Below are positions 1 to 11,811 of a stretch of 64,000 nucleotides of DNA, in pieces. The notes under the pieces were generated by a model. That model was not told where the DNA came from, did no database searches, and worked only from the letters and a program-made list of their open reading frames with translations. The stretch is taken from the NCBI GenBank assembly GCA_037447605.1, contig CM074814.1, positions 2,790,001 through 2,854,000 on the forward strand, read 5' to 3'. Origin of the DNA: Zygnema circumcarinatum SAG 698-1b (taxonomy: Eukaryota > Plantae > Zygnematophyceae). Within the stretch, counting starts at the first letter, position 1; each line of letters begins with the position of its first letter. Position numbers and translations under genes: made by a program.

Positions 1-484
1 ACGGTGAGCATATGCACGCTCCTTGCGAAGGGCCGCATCGCGAGCAGCCACGCCTTCATGATGTGCTGCACGTGACAATAAATCGCGACGGGTTGGATCG
101 GCCAACACAGTATCCCCAAAAATACGCCGGGCACCATCCATAAGAGCCAAATCAGGGCGAACTCCGCGCTCGCCACGAATAGTCGGCCGTGGGGACACCA
201 GGTGGCTCGGCTCCCGTCGCACAAGGTAGTTAGCTTCTTGAGCCACCGCAGCAATCGCATCGCGCACAACATTATGAGCCAAAATGCGTTCGCCCCCGTG
301 TGCACATCGAAGTAGATGAACGCCCTGCGCATCAACCGAATCACCACAAACACAACGAGGAGAACCCTGCAATGGCGGATGGGGGAGCCCGAGACACATT
401 GTCACGTCACGGGCAGATTAAAACCATTCCTGGCGGACTCTGTTTGTAATATTCACGAAAGTCCACCAAAGTCAGAATCGTCTT

Positions 485-610
485 TACCGTACGGACGCGC
501 CTCCGTACGGAAACAAACTCCTGTCAACGTACAGTACTGTACGAATACTGAGCAACGCCGTGCAGTACGGATACATGGTCATGGTCGTATGACCGTACGG
601 ACCGTACCTG
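485..610. promoter_or_regulatory. GTAC/CCGTAC cluster (SBP/SPL-type core motif) upstream of SUB1-like paralog 1
   Basis: Eight GTAC in about 120 bp, 70-190 bp upstream of ATG 676. Function is inferred only. Confidence 0.45.
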
Positions 611-675
611 CGCCCTCCCCACTCCCTCTCCTCCTCCCTCCCCTCCCTCGCTCCCTCTCCCTCGCAGCAGCAGCC

Positions 676-3600
676 ATGCCTTCCCTTCCCCCCCACCTCC
701 TCCCTCGCCGCAGAGCCGCTGCGGCGCGTGCCTCATGGTGGCGCCGCGTGGCTCTGACCGTCATCCTCGCCCTCTCCCTCCTCCTCTTTGGACGCTTCTA
801 CTCCCCTCCCTCTACCTCCATAGACAGCCCCGAGCCCCCCAAGATCGTTTCGAAAGCCTCACAAGCGGGAGATCCCCAGCTCAACAACCTAGACAAATTA
901 CTGGGGGATCTGGTCAAGAGAAAGCAGAGGCAGGAGGGCTCAGCAGGAGAAGAATCAGTAGAGCCTCCTCCCGCTGAAGACGAGGCCACTACAGAGTTAG
1001 AGAGAAAGCTCCGCCAGTTCGTGAGGAAGGACAAGACCTCTCTCACTCCCTCTCTCTCTCCCCCTCTCCCTCCCGCTGCTCTCTCTCCTCCTGCTGACCC
1101 CATGGCCTGGCGCACGTGGAAGGGAGAGTGGAGCTTCGACCCCGAGCAGCGCTACCTCTTCTATCCGCGCTATCCCTCCGACTTCATGGTCGCATGGGGC
1201 CATCGAAAATGGAGCATGACATGCATGGCGGGGGAGGCTTTGGCCACCCATCGCATCCTCGTCGTGGATGCGGACGCGGGTCTCCCGGCCGTATACAGCA
1301 ATGGGACGGCTCGAAACGCAAAATTTGAGCAATATTTTGACCTTTGGCACTTGCGCAAGTACGAGATCAACCCTAATTTTGACTCGTTGACTTGATTCGT
1401 TTTGTGGGGGGAGTGGGGGTGAGGGGACCGTTTTGTTAAAAAAATAAGTGGCTGCGTCGGAGAAGGGGGAGAGAGAGAGAGAGAGGGAGGAAGAGCGACA
1501 ACGTGGGGGGAGGGGCGAGGGAGGGAGGGAGGGAGGGAGGGAGGGAGACAGAGACAATGTGGGTCAGTTAAGGCTCCGGTAAAGGCCTAAGTTTTAGTCG
1601 GGGTGGGAGGATGACCCTAACACTTTAAGGGGTATAGGATTTGTTTAACGAGAATGTAGACAACCTTCTTATTCTAACAAAGTAACTGAACGGATCAACT
1701 TTTGAACAGTCGTTTTTCAAGTCAGAATGTGACTCAGAATCATAACCAGACTCAGTTGATCTTTCTCCCCTTCCTCCTTTTTTTTGGGCTTTTCGGTCGA
1801 TTGGTAGAGGCTCAACTTAAGCTTAGTCTTTTAGTGGATCTGCAGCATGGGGAATTGCTGAGTTAGGATGTGTTCAACTTTTGGATAACTCTAACCCTAA
1901 CCTAAACCTAATTAGGTCAAATTCGAACTCCAACTTCTTGGTTGGATCGTATTTGCGAGTGAGTCTTTGGAAGATTAGGGCTCCTTCTTCCTACTTTCTT
2001 CTCCCACTGCCTCCCTCTATCTCTCTCGGTCGCTCTCTCCCGCCCTCGTTCCCCTCCTTCCCCTCACTCAGACTCCTAAGCCCCTCTCTCCATCTGTCTC
2101 CCACTTCACCTTCACTTCCCTTCAACTCAGTCCTGAACTCCGGCTGAAACCAACCCCCCTAGTATCGTTACCTTGAAAGCCCAAAAACTGCTCAAGAATA
2201 TAAAAACCCTAAATAATCCCAAACCCAAACCCCAGAACCCAAAAGACTCAAAGGCCTTTAAAACATCTAAAAACTGTAAAGAATTGAAGACAACCCATAA
2301 AACCCAAAGACCGAAAGTCGTCAAAATCCGGAAACTAAAAAAAATCTTAGAAAAACCCACGCATCCAAGACCCAGAAAGCTCCATGACCAAAAAAACTCA
2401 AAACTTAAAAAATCTAGTACCCCAAAAAACCCATAACCCCTTAAGATCCAAAAGCACAGAAAAAGCTTGAAGAATCTAACACCCCAAAAGCCCAAATCTG
2501 CGAAATGCTCATAGTCCTACAAGGCCCAAAAAGACCCAAAAACCCCAAAACCCCAAAACCCCAAAACCCCAAAACCCCAAAACCCCAAAACCCCAAAACC
2601 CAAAACCCGAAAACCCAAAAACCCAAAAACTCAAAAACCTAGTGCTGTTTTGCAGGGTGATTCCCTCCATCGATATGAACACCTTTAACGAGGCTTGGCT
2701 CGCCTGGGATGCCTCCCACCCCAAAAAGAAGCTTTCTCTCTATAGTGCTCCGATCAACAGAGGCTACTCGCTGGTCGACCTTTTGAAAATAGAGGCCACG
2801 ATTTTGAGGAGAAACTATGGGGGCCCGGAGGACTACGCCTTCCAAGTCTGCCTTGACAATAAGGTGAGAAAGCGGACCACAGTGAGTGGAATTTACTTCT
2901 GTCTCTCCCTCTCTATCTGTCACACAGACCACTTCTCAACTCACTTCGCCCTACATGTGTTTCACTTCCTCTGTCTTCTCCCCGCTCCTTTCAACCCCAC
3001 TCTCCCTCTCTCCCTCTTCCTTACACGCACACACACTCGCCCTTCCTCATTTCCTATCCCTCTCCCTCCAACTGTCTCACTGTCTCCCTCTCTCTCCCCA
3101 ACCCCACCCTCTCTCTCCGTCGCTCTCGCCCTCTCTCTCGCTTTCTTTCTCCCCCTCCCTCCCCTCCCCCGAGCCTAGTAACTGACGAATCCCTTTCATG
3201 TTCAGGAAATCGAGCGGCCATGGAGTGCCTTCCGATACGCTCCCTCCCTTACCGCCATCACGGAGGCAATTCTCACAGACCTAAAGTGGACCCTTGTTGT
3301 GCTGCACGTGGAGAGGGGGGACAAACTCAAGCCTGAAGCTTCAACCAAGTGGCCAAATCTTGACAACGACACACGCCCTCCACAGTAAGCATCTCCCTCC
3401 CTCCCTCCCTCCCTCCTTCCCTCCCTCCCTCCCTCCCTCCCTCCCTTCCTGCCTCCCTCCCTCCTTTCGTCCCTCACTCCCTCACTCCCTCCCTCCCTCT
3501 CTCCCTCCCTCCCTCCTTCCTTTCGTCCCTCACTCCCTCCCTCCCTCCCTCCCTCCTTTTCGTCACTCACTCCCTCCCTCCCTCCATCCATCCATTTTCC

Positions 3601-4446
3601 CCTCCCTCTTTCCTTTCTTTTTACAAACAGAGGAGAGAGAGGGGCTACTTTGTTATTCGCCGATAAATGCAGTGGATGCTTGTGCAATTTGGTCAACAGT
3701 TTCAGGTCATGTGATCGCTGAACAAAAAGCAGAGAGAATAGAGAGAGTGGGGCAGAGAGAGAAATGGGTGCAGAGGTCGAAGGAAAGGAGTTAAGAGAAA
3801 GGGAAGAGGAATGAAGGAAGTGAGGTGGAATGAGTGTCTGTGTCAGAGTGAGAGTGGAAAGGATTTGGGGGTGGTGTGAAGAGGGAGAGGGACGAGGAGA
3901 ATGCGTGACAGAGAGAGAGAGAGGAAGAGGGAGCGGAGTGCAAGATAGAAGGACATGCATGCGGAGATGGAGGATGCAATGGGAGAGAGTGGATGGGAAG
4001 GCGATGAGTGGGAGAGGGAAGTTCATTGCTGGTAAAGTAAGTGATGTCGTAGATGGCTACCTTTGGAATCATTTTTCCTAAATATCGAGGTTTCCTACGT
4101 TTCATAGTAGTTGGTAATGAAATACTCATCTTCTGTAATCATGACGTATAGCCAATAATCATGATTATCATCAGAATCAATTTGTAATCATCTTCTCGCT
4201 TCTGTTGTCCTCTACATCCACAGTTTACTGGAGGTATTGCGTAAAAAAAATGTCTCTCCGAAAACGAATCTCTGGATTCAGAGCGATGAAACGGACCCCC
4301 TTTTCTTTGCTCCATTGGCGAAAGACTATCCGTACAAGAAGTTGTCCGACTACTCCTACTTGTGGGCACCGGGAAGTCAATGGTGGAAAGATACAGAGAA
4401 GATTCTTGGGGAAGGGGGAGACTTTGTTTTTGACGGGATGATGATG
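676..4446 (+). CDS. SUB1-like: SUB1-like / O-fucosyltransferase (GT-B fold) family type II membrane protein, paralog 1. Spliced; last exon not found, probably lost in the gap at 5967-5976.
   Basis: Exons 676-1358, 2656-2863, 3206-3384 and 4224-4446 are joined in frame by GT-AG introns. There is an N-terminal TM segment (VALTVILALSLLLFG). Motifs FEQYFDLWHL, RPW...LHVERGDK...WPNLDNDTRP and LWAPGSQWW...FDGMM match Arabidopsis SUB1 (At4g08810)-type proteins as recalled. Confidence 0.8.
2543..2640 (+). repeat. (CCCCAAAA)n array (T4G4, ciliate-telomere-like) at the 3' end of an intron
   Basis: Seven perfect units at 2543-2598, then degenerate units ending just before the acceptor AG at 2654-2655. 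Confidence 0.9.
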
Positions 4447-5897
4447 GTAAGGACTCTCCCTTCCCTCCCCCTCACCCCTCCCCAACTGCTCCCCTCCCCC
4501 CTTCCCCNNNNNNNNNNCCCCCTTCCCCCCCCCCCCTCCCCCTCCCTCCCCCCTCCCCCGAGCCTAGTAACTGACGAATCCCTTTCATGTTCAGGAAATC
4601 GAGCGGCCATGGAGTGCCTTCCGATACGCTCCCTCCCTTACCGCCATCACGGAGGCAATTCTCACAGACCTAAAGTGGACCCTTGTTGTGCTGCACGTGG
4701 AGAGGGGGGACAAACTCAAGCCTGAAGCTTCAACCAAGTGGCCAAATCTTGACAACGACACACGCCCTCCACAGTAAGCATCTCCCTCCCTCCCTCCCTC
4801 CCTCCTTCCCTCCCTCCCTCCCTCCCTCCCTCCCTTCCTGCCTCCCTCCCTCCTTTCGTCCCTCACTCCCTCACTCCCTCCCTCCCTCTCTCCCTCCCTC
4901 CCTCCTTCCTTTCGTCCCTCACTCCCTCCCTCCCTCCCTCCCTCCTTTTCGTCACTCACTCCCTCCCTCCCTCCATCCATCCATTTTCCCCTCCCTCTTT
5001 CCTTTCTTTTTACAAACAGAGGAGAGAGAGGGGCTACTTTGTTATTCGCCGATAAATGCAGTGGATGCTTGTGCAATTTGGTCAACAGTTTCAGGTCATG
5101 TGATCGCTGAACAAAAAGCAGAGAGAATAGAGAGAGTGGGGCAGAGAGAGAAATGGGTGCAGAGGTCGAAGGAAAGGAGTTAAGAGAAAGGGAAGAGGAA
5201 TGAAGGAAGTGAGGTGGAATGAGTGTCTGTGTCAGAGTGAGAGTGGAAAGGATTTGGGGGTGGTGTGAAGAGGGAGAGGGACGAGGAGAATGCGTGACAG
5301 AGAGAGAGAGAGGAAGAGGGAGCGGAGTGCAAGATAGAAGGACATGCATGCGGAGATGGAGGATGCAATGGGAGAGAGTGGATGGGAAGGCGATGAGTGG
5401 GAGAGGGAAGTTCATTGCTGGTAAAGTAAGTGATGTCGTAGATGGCTACCTTTGGAATCATTTTTCCTAAATATCGAGGTTTCCTACGTTTCATAGTAGT
5501 TGGTAATGAAATACTCATCTTCTGTAATCATGACGTATAGCCAATAATCATGATTATCATCAGAATCAATTTGTAATCATCTTCTCGCTTCTGTTGTCCT
5601 CTACATCCACAGTTTACTGGAGGTATTGCGTAAAAAAAATGTCTCTCCGAAAACGAATCTCTGGATTCAGAGCGATGAAACGGACCCCCTTTTCTTTGCT
5701 CCATTGGCGAAAGACTATCCGTACAAGAAGTTGTCCGACTACTCCTACTTGTGGGCACCGGGAAGTCAATGGTGGAAAGATACAGAGAAGATTCTTGGGG
5801 AAGGGGGAGACTTTGTTTTTGACGGGATGATGATGGTAAGGACTCTCCCCTTCCCTCCCCCTCACCCCTCCCCAACTGCTCCCCTCCCCCCTTCCCC
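3160..5897 (+). repeat. Near-identical direct duplication of about 1.35 kb (3160-4507 vs 4549-5897, offset 1389) carrying exons 3-4 of SUB1-like paralog 1
   Basis: The ORF track gives identical translations at offset 1389 (e.g. 3294/4683, 3791/5180). The second copy is bracketed by N gaps at 4508-4517 and 5967-5976. Confidence 0.95.
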
Positions 5898-6449
5898 CCA
5901 TCCCCCCCCCTTCCCCCCTCCCACCTCCTCCCCTCTCCCTTCCCTCCCTTCCCCCCTACCCCTCATNNNNNNNNNNGGCAGGGTACCCCCCCCCCCCCCC
6001 CTCCCTTCATGGAGCCCTTCTGTAGGTTCTCAAGAATAAGGCTTAATTCACGTTTCAGAAGAAGCTCTTACTGGCCCCTGTCTCACATCATGCCATGATG
6101 ATGGCCCATGTCCCCCCCCCCCCCCAAATGCTGCTTCATGGCCATGGCCATGGCCATGCTCCCCTCGATGAACAATGTTGTGTGCGCATGAGAGCATGTC
6201 TAGCACTTCTATACGAGCCCCGGGCGGGCGGGCGGGCGGAAAACTGGTTTCTGGTTTGCAAACCGTCGGGGTCCGGTTTCTGGTGAAATAGGCAAAACTT
6301 CTTTTTTCTGACGTTTTGCGTACGTCATTAGCATCCCCGTCACGGTCAAGCCACGGTTCCATGCACAGTTTTGTCGTCGTGTGCGACGCGTTTCGGGGTT
6401 CCATCAGGACCTTTCTTTGCTGACAAGGCACTGACATGGCGCTACTTAG

Positions 6450-6890
6450 TCACGTGACGCTCACGTGGCGCTGGCGTGGCATTGGAAACCTCTGCAGGAC
6501 TCTCGAGATGTGCCGGTCCTTGACTGACAGCGAGCGTCTGCCAATCGTGGGATGCCACGTTGTGGCCAAGGATTCGTTGCGCATAGCTGGCGGTCCTGCT
6601 TGCAGTACTGTGACATGATCGCTGGCCCACGTGCGTAGGGCTCCAGCCAATTTCTGACACGTGACACTCACAGATTGGAGAACTTGGCCCCATCCGACGT
6701 GGCACAGTCGCATCCGCGGATGACACCCCCCCCGAGTGCGCCTGACAGTGGCGTACGGACGTCTGAGCCGACAGGACGGCCGGTGGTTGGGTCGAGGCCC
6801 CGAGGGTGCTGTCGAATTGTCACAGGCGGCCACGTGGTAACCACAGCTACTGCCACGTGTCCATCGAGTCGCTATCATGTCACGTGGAAG
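6450..6890. promoter_or_regulatory. G-box (CACGTG) cluster upstream of SUB1-like paralog 2
   Basis: Seven CACGTG in about 440 bp, including CCACGTGG and CCACGTGTC. Confidence 0.45.
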
Positions 6891-7191
6891 CCGTGGCTGC
6901 TGCCACCCCACTCAGGAGCGCGCGTTCATTGGAGCGCTGACTTGACCCTCGTTGATTTTGGTTGACTTGTGCGGACTCGGAGGTCGCAGGTTCGAAGTTC
7001 GAATCCTCCCGTGCGCAAACTGACAGTTGGACTCCCAACATAGAACCGGATTAGTACAGTAATTGGACCATGGAAACCGTTTCGTACAGTACTTGTACTA
7101 CGGATGTCCGTACAATAACAAACTATATGCGCAAGGGGACGCCATGGCCCCCCCATTGGCTAGCTCGTCTTCCCTCTCTCAGCGGGCGAGA

Positions 7192-9188
7192 GATGGTGGA
7201 GCAAAATCCCAATTGTGCGGTCCTGAGGAAGGCGGCCGCCATGGAAGAAAGCTCGGAGAAAGGGGGGGACGAGGGCGTGCCCTCCGTTGTCGCGCAGCCC
7301 CTGAAGTGGCTCTCTGGGCCAGCCACGTTCCGCCAAGTGGCGTTGGGAGCTGTGGTGGTGGCCCTACTCATGGCGGGCCTCGTCCTGCAGATCACGCTGC
7401 TCGTCACGAAGGGGTCCACGGAGAGGGATCTCGACGCCATAGACATGGAGGGGGGGATGGGGGAGGTCAACTCCAGGAGGTTCGGGGGGGGGGGAGGGGA
7501 GGAAGGGGGGGAGGGGGAAGGAGGGAGAGGGGATGGAGTAACAGATGATGTCAAAAGCAGCGAGGATCGAATAAAGGCTGTGCTGGATAAGCTGGTGAAT
7601 CCTGGCAAAGTCACGGAGGAGGGATCTCAAGCGGTAGCTGTAGAGGCTAAGGGAGGAGGAGGAGGAGAAGGAGGAGGAGGGATAGCTAACCGCTCTCCTA
7701 CTCAGGATTCCAACCCTCTTTCGTGGCGCAATTGGAAGGGGGAGTGGTCGTTTGAACCGCGGCAGCGCTATCTGTACTATCCTCGCACTCCCTCGGACTT
7801 CATGGTGCCATGGGACCAGCGGCGGTGGAGCATGTCATGCATGGTGGCGGAGGCCATGGCTCTGCACCGCGTCCTCGTGGTCGACTACGGCATGGGCGTG
7901 CCGGCGGAGTTTAACAACGGGAAGAGCAAAGTGGCCAAGTTCGAGCAGTACTTTAACCTCTGGCGGATGCACGAGTACGAGGCTCCCCTCCAACCCTAAT
8001 TCTGATGACATGGAGCCTAACCCTAATTCTGATTCTGATTTGGAATTCTGATATTGAGACAGACCCTAATTTGAATCTGGATTTGAGGTCAACGCTCATG
8101 CTAACGCCGAGAGTAACGCTGACCTTGAGAGTAGCGATCCCACATTACGCCATAAACTTCAGATCTTGAACGTTACCACGGTTCTGAACCTCTTTTTGGC
8201 CCTAGCGCAACCCTAATATTAAGCGGATCATAATCTTGACCCTTGTCTTATCCCATAACCTTGAGCGTAATGCTGACCCTAACCAGAAATCTTGCCTTCA
8301 TTATGACTCAAATCGCAATTCCAGTGCAAATCCTAAGATTAGCCCTTGATGTAACTCTTAACTTTAACCCTAGCGTTAACCGTCTCCCTAACTCTCTCTT
8401 TCTCACTCTTTCTAATCTGAACCTGGCCACTTTCTTGACCTTACTCCTAGCTATTATTTAGGACCTAACCCAGATTCCAACTCGATTTTAAACCTGAGCC
8501 CACTTTCATTTTGATTTTGAGTTCTAATTGCATAAAACCTGAATCTCAAACTTAAGCCAAGTCTGGGTCGTAGCCCTAATACCAACGCTGCCGCGAATTT
8601 TAACCCTCATTTTAGTACCAAATCTTTGCCCTAACCTCAACATTCAGCTTTCTTCCTGTGCTTGAATCTGATCTGAACCCTAACCCTAAATGATACATGC
8701 TCTAAAGCCCTGACCCTCACTGCCGTCCAGTATCTTAAACCCTTCGCCTGTTCCCGCTGCACTTACATTGAGCTTCTTTCTCAAGCACGTCAGCATTATC
8801 CGTACAATTTTGTACCGTCCAGTGATGTCAGTTATGTTTTAACAGCGAACACCACATTTTCAAACTGAACGATTTTGGAAACATTACCGTTACATGCAGC
8901 TATGCGCAGTTTTGTGCAATTTGACCAAACCAATTTTTGTTTTTTTTTTTTTTTCCAGACATTTGCTAACTTGTACCCTGACGTTAATCCTCACTCAACT
9001 TTTGCTCTATCAAAAACGCTGACACTAACCCTAATGCTAACCCTAAATTTAACCCTAACCCTGGCCTTACCCTAATCCTAACTCTAACCTTTATCTTAAC
9101 CCGAAACCTTGATCCGAACCCTTAAGCCTATTCCTAACCCTAACCCTAACCCTTACCTCCATCCCGACCCGGTCTTATCTAACTCTCC

Positions 9189-9230
<42 letters not shown>

Positions 9231-10830
9231 TCGACTCTACCCTGACCGCAACCCAAGCCGATCTTCTCTTTACCACCTGTTGAACTTGATAAAGGAACCA
9301 TTGTGCTTCTTTTAATCCTCCACCTCCTCCCTCTTTATATTACTGTTTTGCAGGGAATTCCCGATAGTTGAGATGAAAGTTTTCCTTGATGGTTGGAAGG
9401 TTTGGGATGAAGAGCATCCCACGGAAAAGGTTTCGGTGTTGCAAGCACCCATTGTGGGGGGACCCTCCATTGAGAAGATTAGTAAATCAGATGCAATTGT
9501 TGTACAAAGAATTTATGGAACGACAGGTGACGGACAGTTCGCATGGAAAGTATGTGAAGATAACAAGGTGAGTCTGAAGGAGGGGAGGGGGCTGGAAATG
9601 GAGAGAGGGAGAGAAGGTGAGGAAGTTCAAAAAAAAGGAAGAAAAGAAGAAGAAGAAGAAGAAAATGAGAAGAAGAGACGAAGAAGAGCGCGAATTAAGA
9701 TGAATTGTTTGTGTACAGAATCGAATTTAGTTTTCATTTTTTGCTGCGATTGAATTTGGCAGTTTAATTGAAGTTGAAGTGCCAGATCACGCTAAAAATC
9801 AGTTGACCACCTTTAAATTGATAGTTATTCGTTTAATCCAACGTCATCTTTTCTTCTGTCCTTCGCCCTTCCCGTTGTGTTTTTCTTCCCTCTCACTCTC
9901 TGTCTCTCCCTGTCTCCCTCTCTCTGTCTTCCCCTCTCTCCATCTCCTCCTCTCTCCCACTCTCCCTCTCTCCCTCTCTCCCTCCCCCCCCCCCCTGCTG
10001 CCGGCAGAATCTTGTCCGCCCAATGAACGTGTTCTCCTTCGCGATGCCTTTGGGCCAAATCGCGGACGAGATCGTGAAGGACCTCCCGAAGCAGTACATC
10101 GCAATCCACGTCGAGCGCAGCCCCACGCGCTACCCCCCCGCCTCGGGCCGATGGCCGCACCTCCTGGAGGACACCTCGCCGCAGAAGTATGGAGGGGGGA
10201 GAGGGGGAGGGAGAGGGGGAGGGGAAGGGAGAGGGAGAGGGAGAGGGAGAGGGAGAGGGAGANNNNNNNNNNGAGGGGGGATGGGGGACGGGACGGGGAG
10301 GGGGAGGCAGTGGGGGAATGTAGCTTCTCACAGCAGGTTTGTTTGTAATTTGTTGCAGCATAGTGAAAGTCTTGCAAGAAAAGGGCGTCCCTCTACAGAC
10401 CTTGATTTGGATCGCCAGCGATGTGCCCTACCGTTCCACTTTTGCCGAAATTGGCGACAAGTATCCGTACAAGGTGTTGGAGGACTATCGACACTTGTGG
10501 GCTTCAGGGAGTGAGTGGTATGAAGCCACTGTGAAAATCCTTGCAGACGAGGAAAATCCTTCTTTTGACGGCATGATGGCGGTGAGTTCTATGCGGCACA
10601 ACTGAACTGTTTCAGTTTTAAGCTCCGTTTTGGGCCACCCGTTCTGTCTGTCAGTTCAACCAGAGTGACATTATGTGTTGATTGATCAATGCTGTTTGTT
10701 CAACTGCCGCGGTTTTCCTTCCTTGCAGGACATGGTGAATGACCTCCTCTTATGGAAATCGGGGACCAAGTTTGAGACTTTCAATGATTTCACTTCGGAC
10801 CCGAAGGAGGGAATTCGGCGTGCAAGATAG
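7192..10830 (+). CDS. SUB1-like: SUB1-like / O-fucosyltransferase-fold protein, paralog 2 (complete, 5 exons)
   Basis: Exons 7192 (or 7070)-7974, 9354-9567, 10008-10186, 10359-10581 and 10729-10830 splice in frame, with intron positions and phases matching paralog 1. TM segment VALGAVVVALLMAGLVLQITLLV. C-terminus KFETFNDFTSDPKEG resembles the SUB1 ETFNDLT.DC..G motif. Confidence 0.85.
9189..9230 (+). repeat. (CTAA)n microsatellite, about 10 units, in intron 1 of paralog 2
   Basis: ctaactaactaa... lies about 125 nt upstream of the acceptor at 9353. Confidence 0.9.
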
Positions 10831-11778
10831 TGGCGTGTTTCCCACGCTTCATTCAAAGAAACCGCAGATGAATGAAAGGCCACGTGGCAGCAGACGATTG
10901 GTGTGCATACCGTGCCACGTGGCAAAAGCGAGGGGTCAGCCATCCCCCTCGAAAAACTGGTGATTTGGGCTTTGGATAACTGCTTTGGATAACTGAAACC
11001 GTTCTCATGTAGTCGCAGCTTTCAGCAGGTTTGGCGACTCGTCGCCCTTACAGGAGCAGGGCCCAATGTAAAGTGCAGTTTTTCTTTTTAGGGGCTTAAA
11101 TTATTCAAGTATTATCGGCAAGCCATGGGGAATCCGAGGAGCCTTAGAAAGGTGAACCCTAATCCCGTTTGAAACCGTTTTGGAGAACTCAGTTTTCGGA
11201 ATTGCTATTTATTTTTTCAAGTGTTAGCTTTCCACATAGCACAAGGCATGGCATGCATGGCAGATGCATGCATGCTTTGAAATATGGTGCAACGCGCGGG
11301 ACATTTTCTTTTGGGCCCCATTTGCATCTCCATCATTTGGGTCTCACCTAAAAACCCTGCGATGTTTACCGTTCATCATATTGAGTCTGGTGAAGTGATT
11401 CCTGTGGCCCACACTAATGGCTGCTTGAATTCTGAGGCGCAAATAGAGTGGGTGATTTATATACCATGACTCTATGTGCGTCAATTTCTAGGTCTGTATG
11501 TGAATATATATGCATACAGAATGCCTGTACACCTCTCCTCCTATGAGTACAGAAAAACAAAAATACATGTGAGGCAGATTAAATCCCGCAATGATTACGA
11601 ACGTATGGTCAGTGTGGCCAACACTCTTCACTTCATATTTCAAATGGTGCGGTGCATGGTCATGGGGGGCACAGTTTAGAGGTGAAAAGGGCTAACAACG
11701 GAGATCGCGACAAGGTGGCCCACACTAAATATGATGTCAGGCTATTTATATAATTATGGCGTTGAACCTCTCTCACTC

Positions 11779-11811
<33 letters not shown>

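Noticed and set aside
316-675. N-terminal extension of ORF 316-1395
   Set aside because: The region is motif-rich promoter-like sequence. ATG 676 has good context (GCAGCCATGC) and directly precedes the TM anchor.
6918-7017. Functional tRNA gene
   Set aside because: No canonical D or anticodon arm and a duplicated T-loop; kept only as a low-confidence relic.
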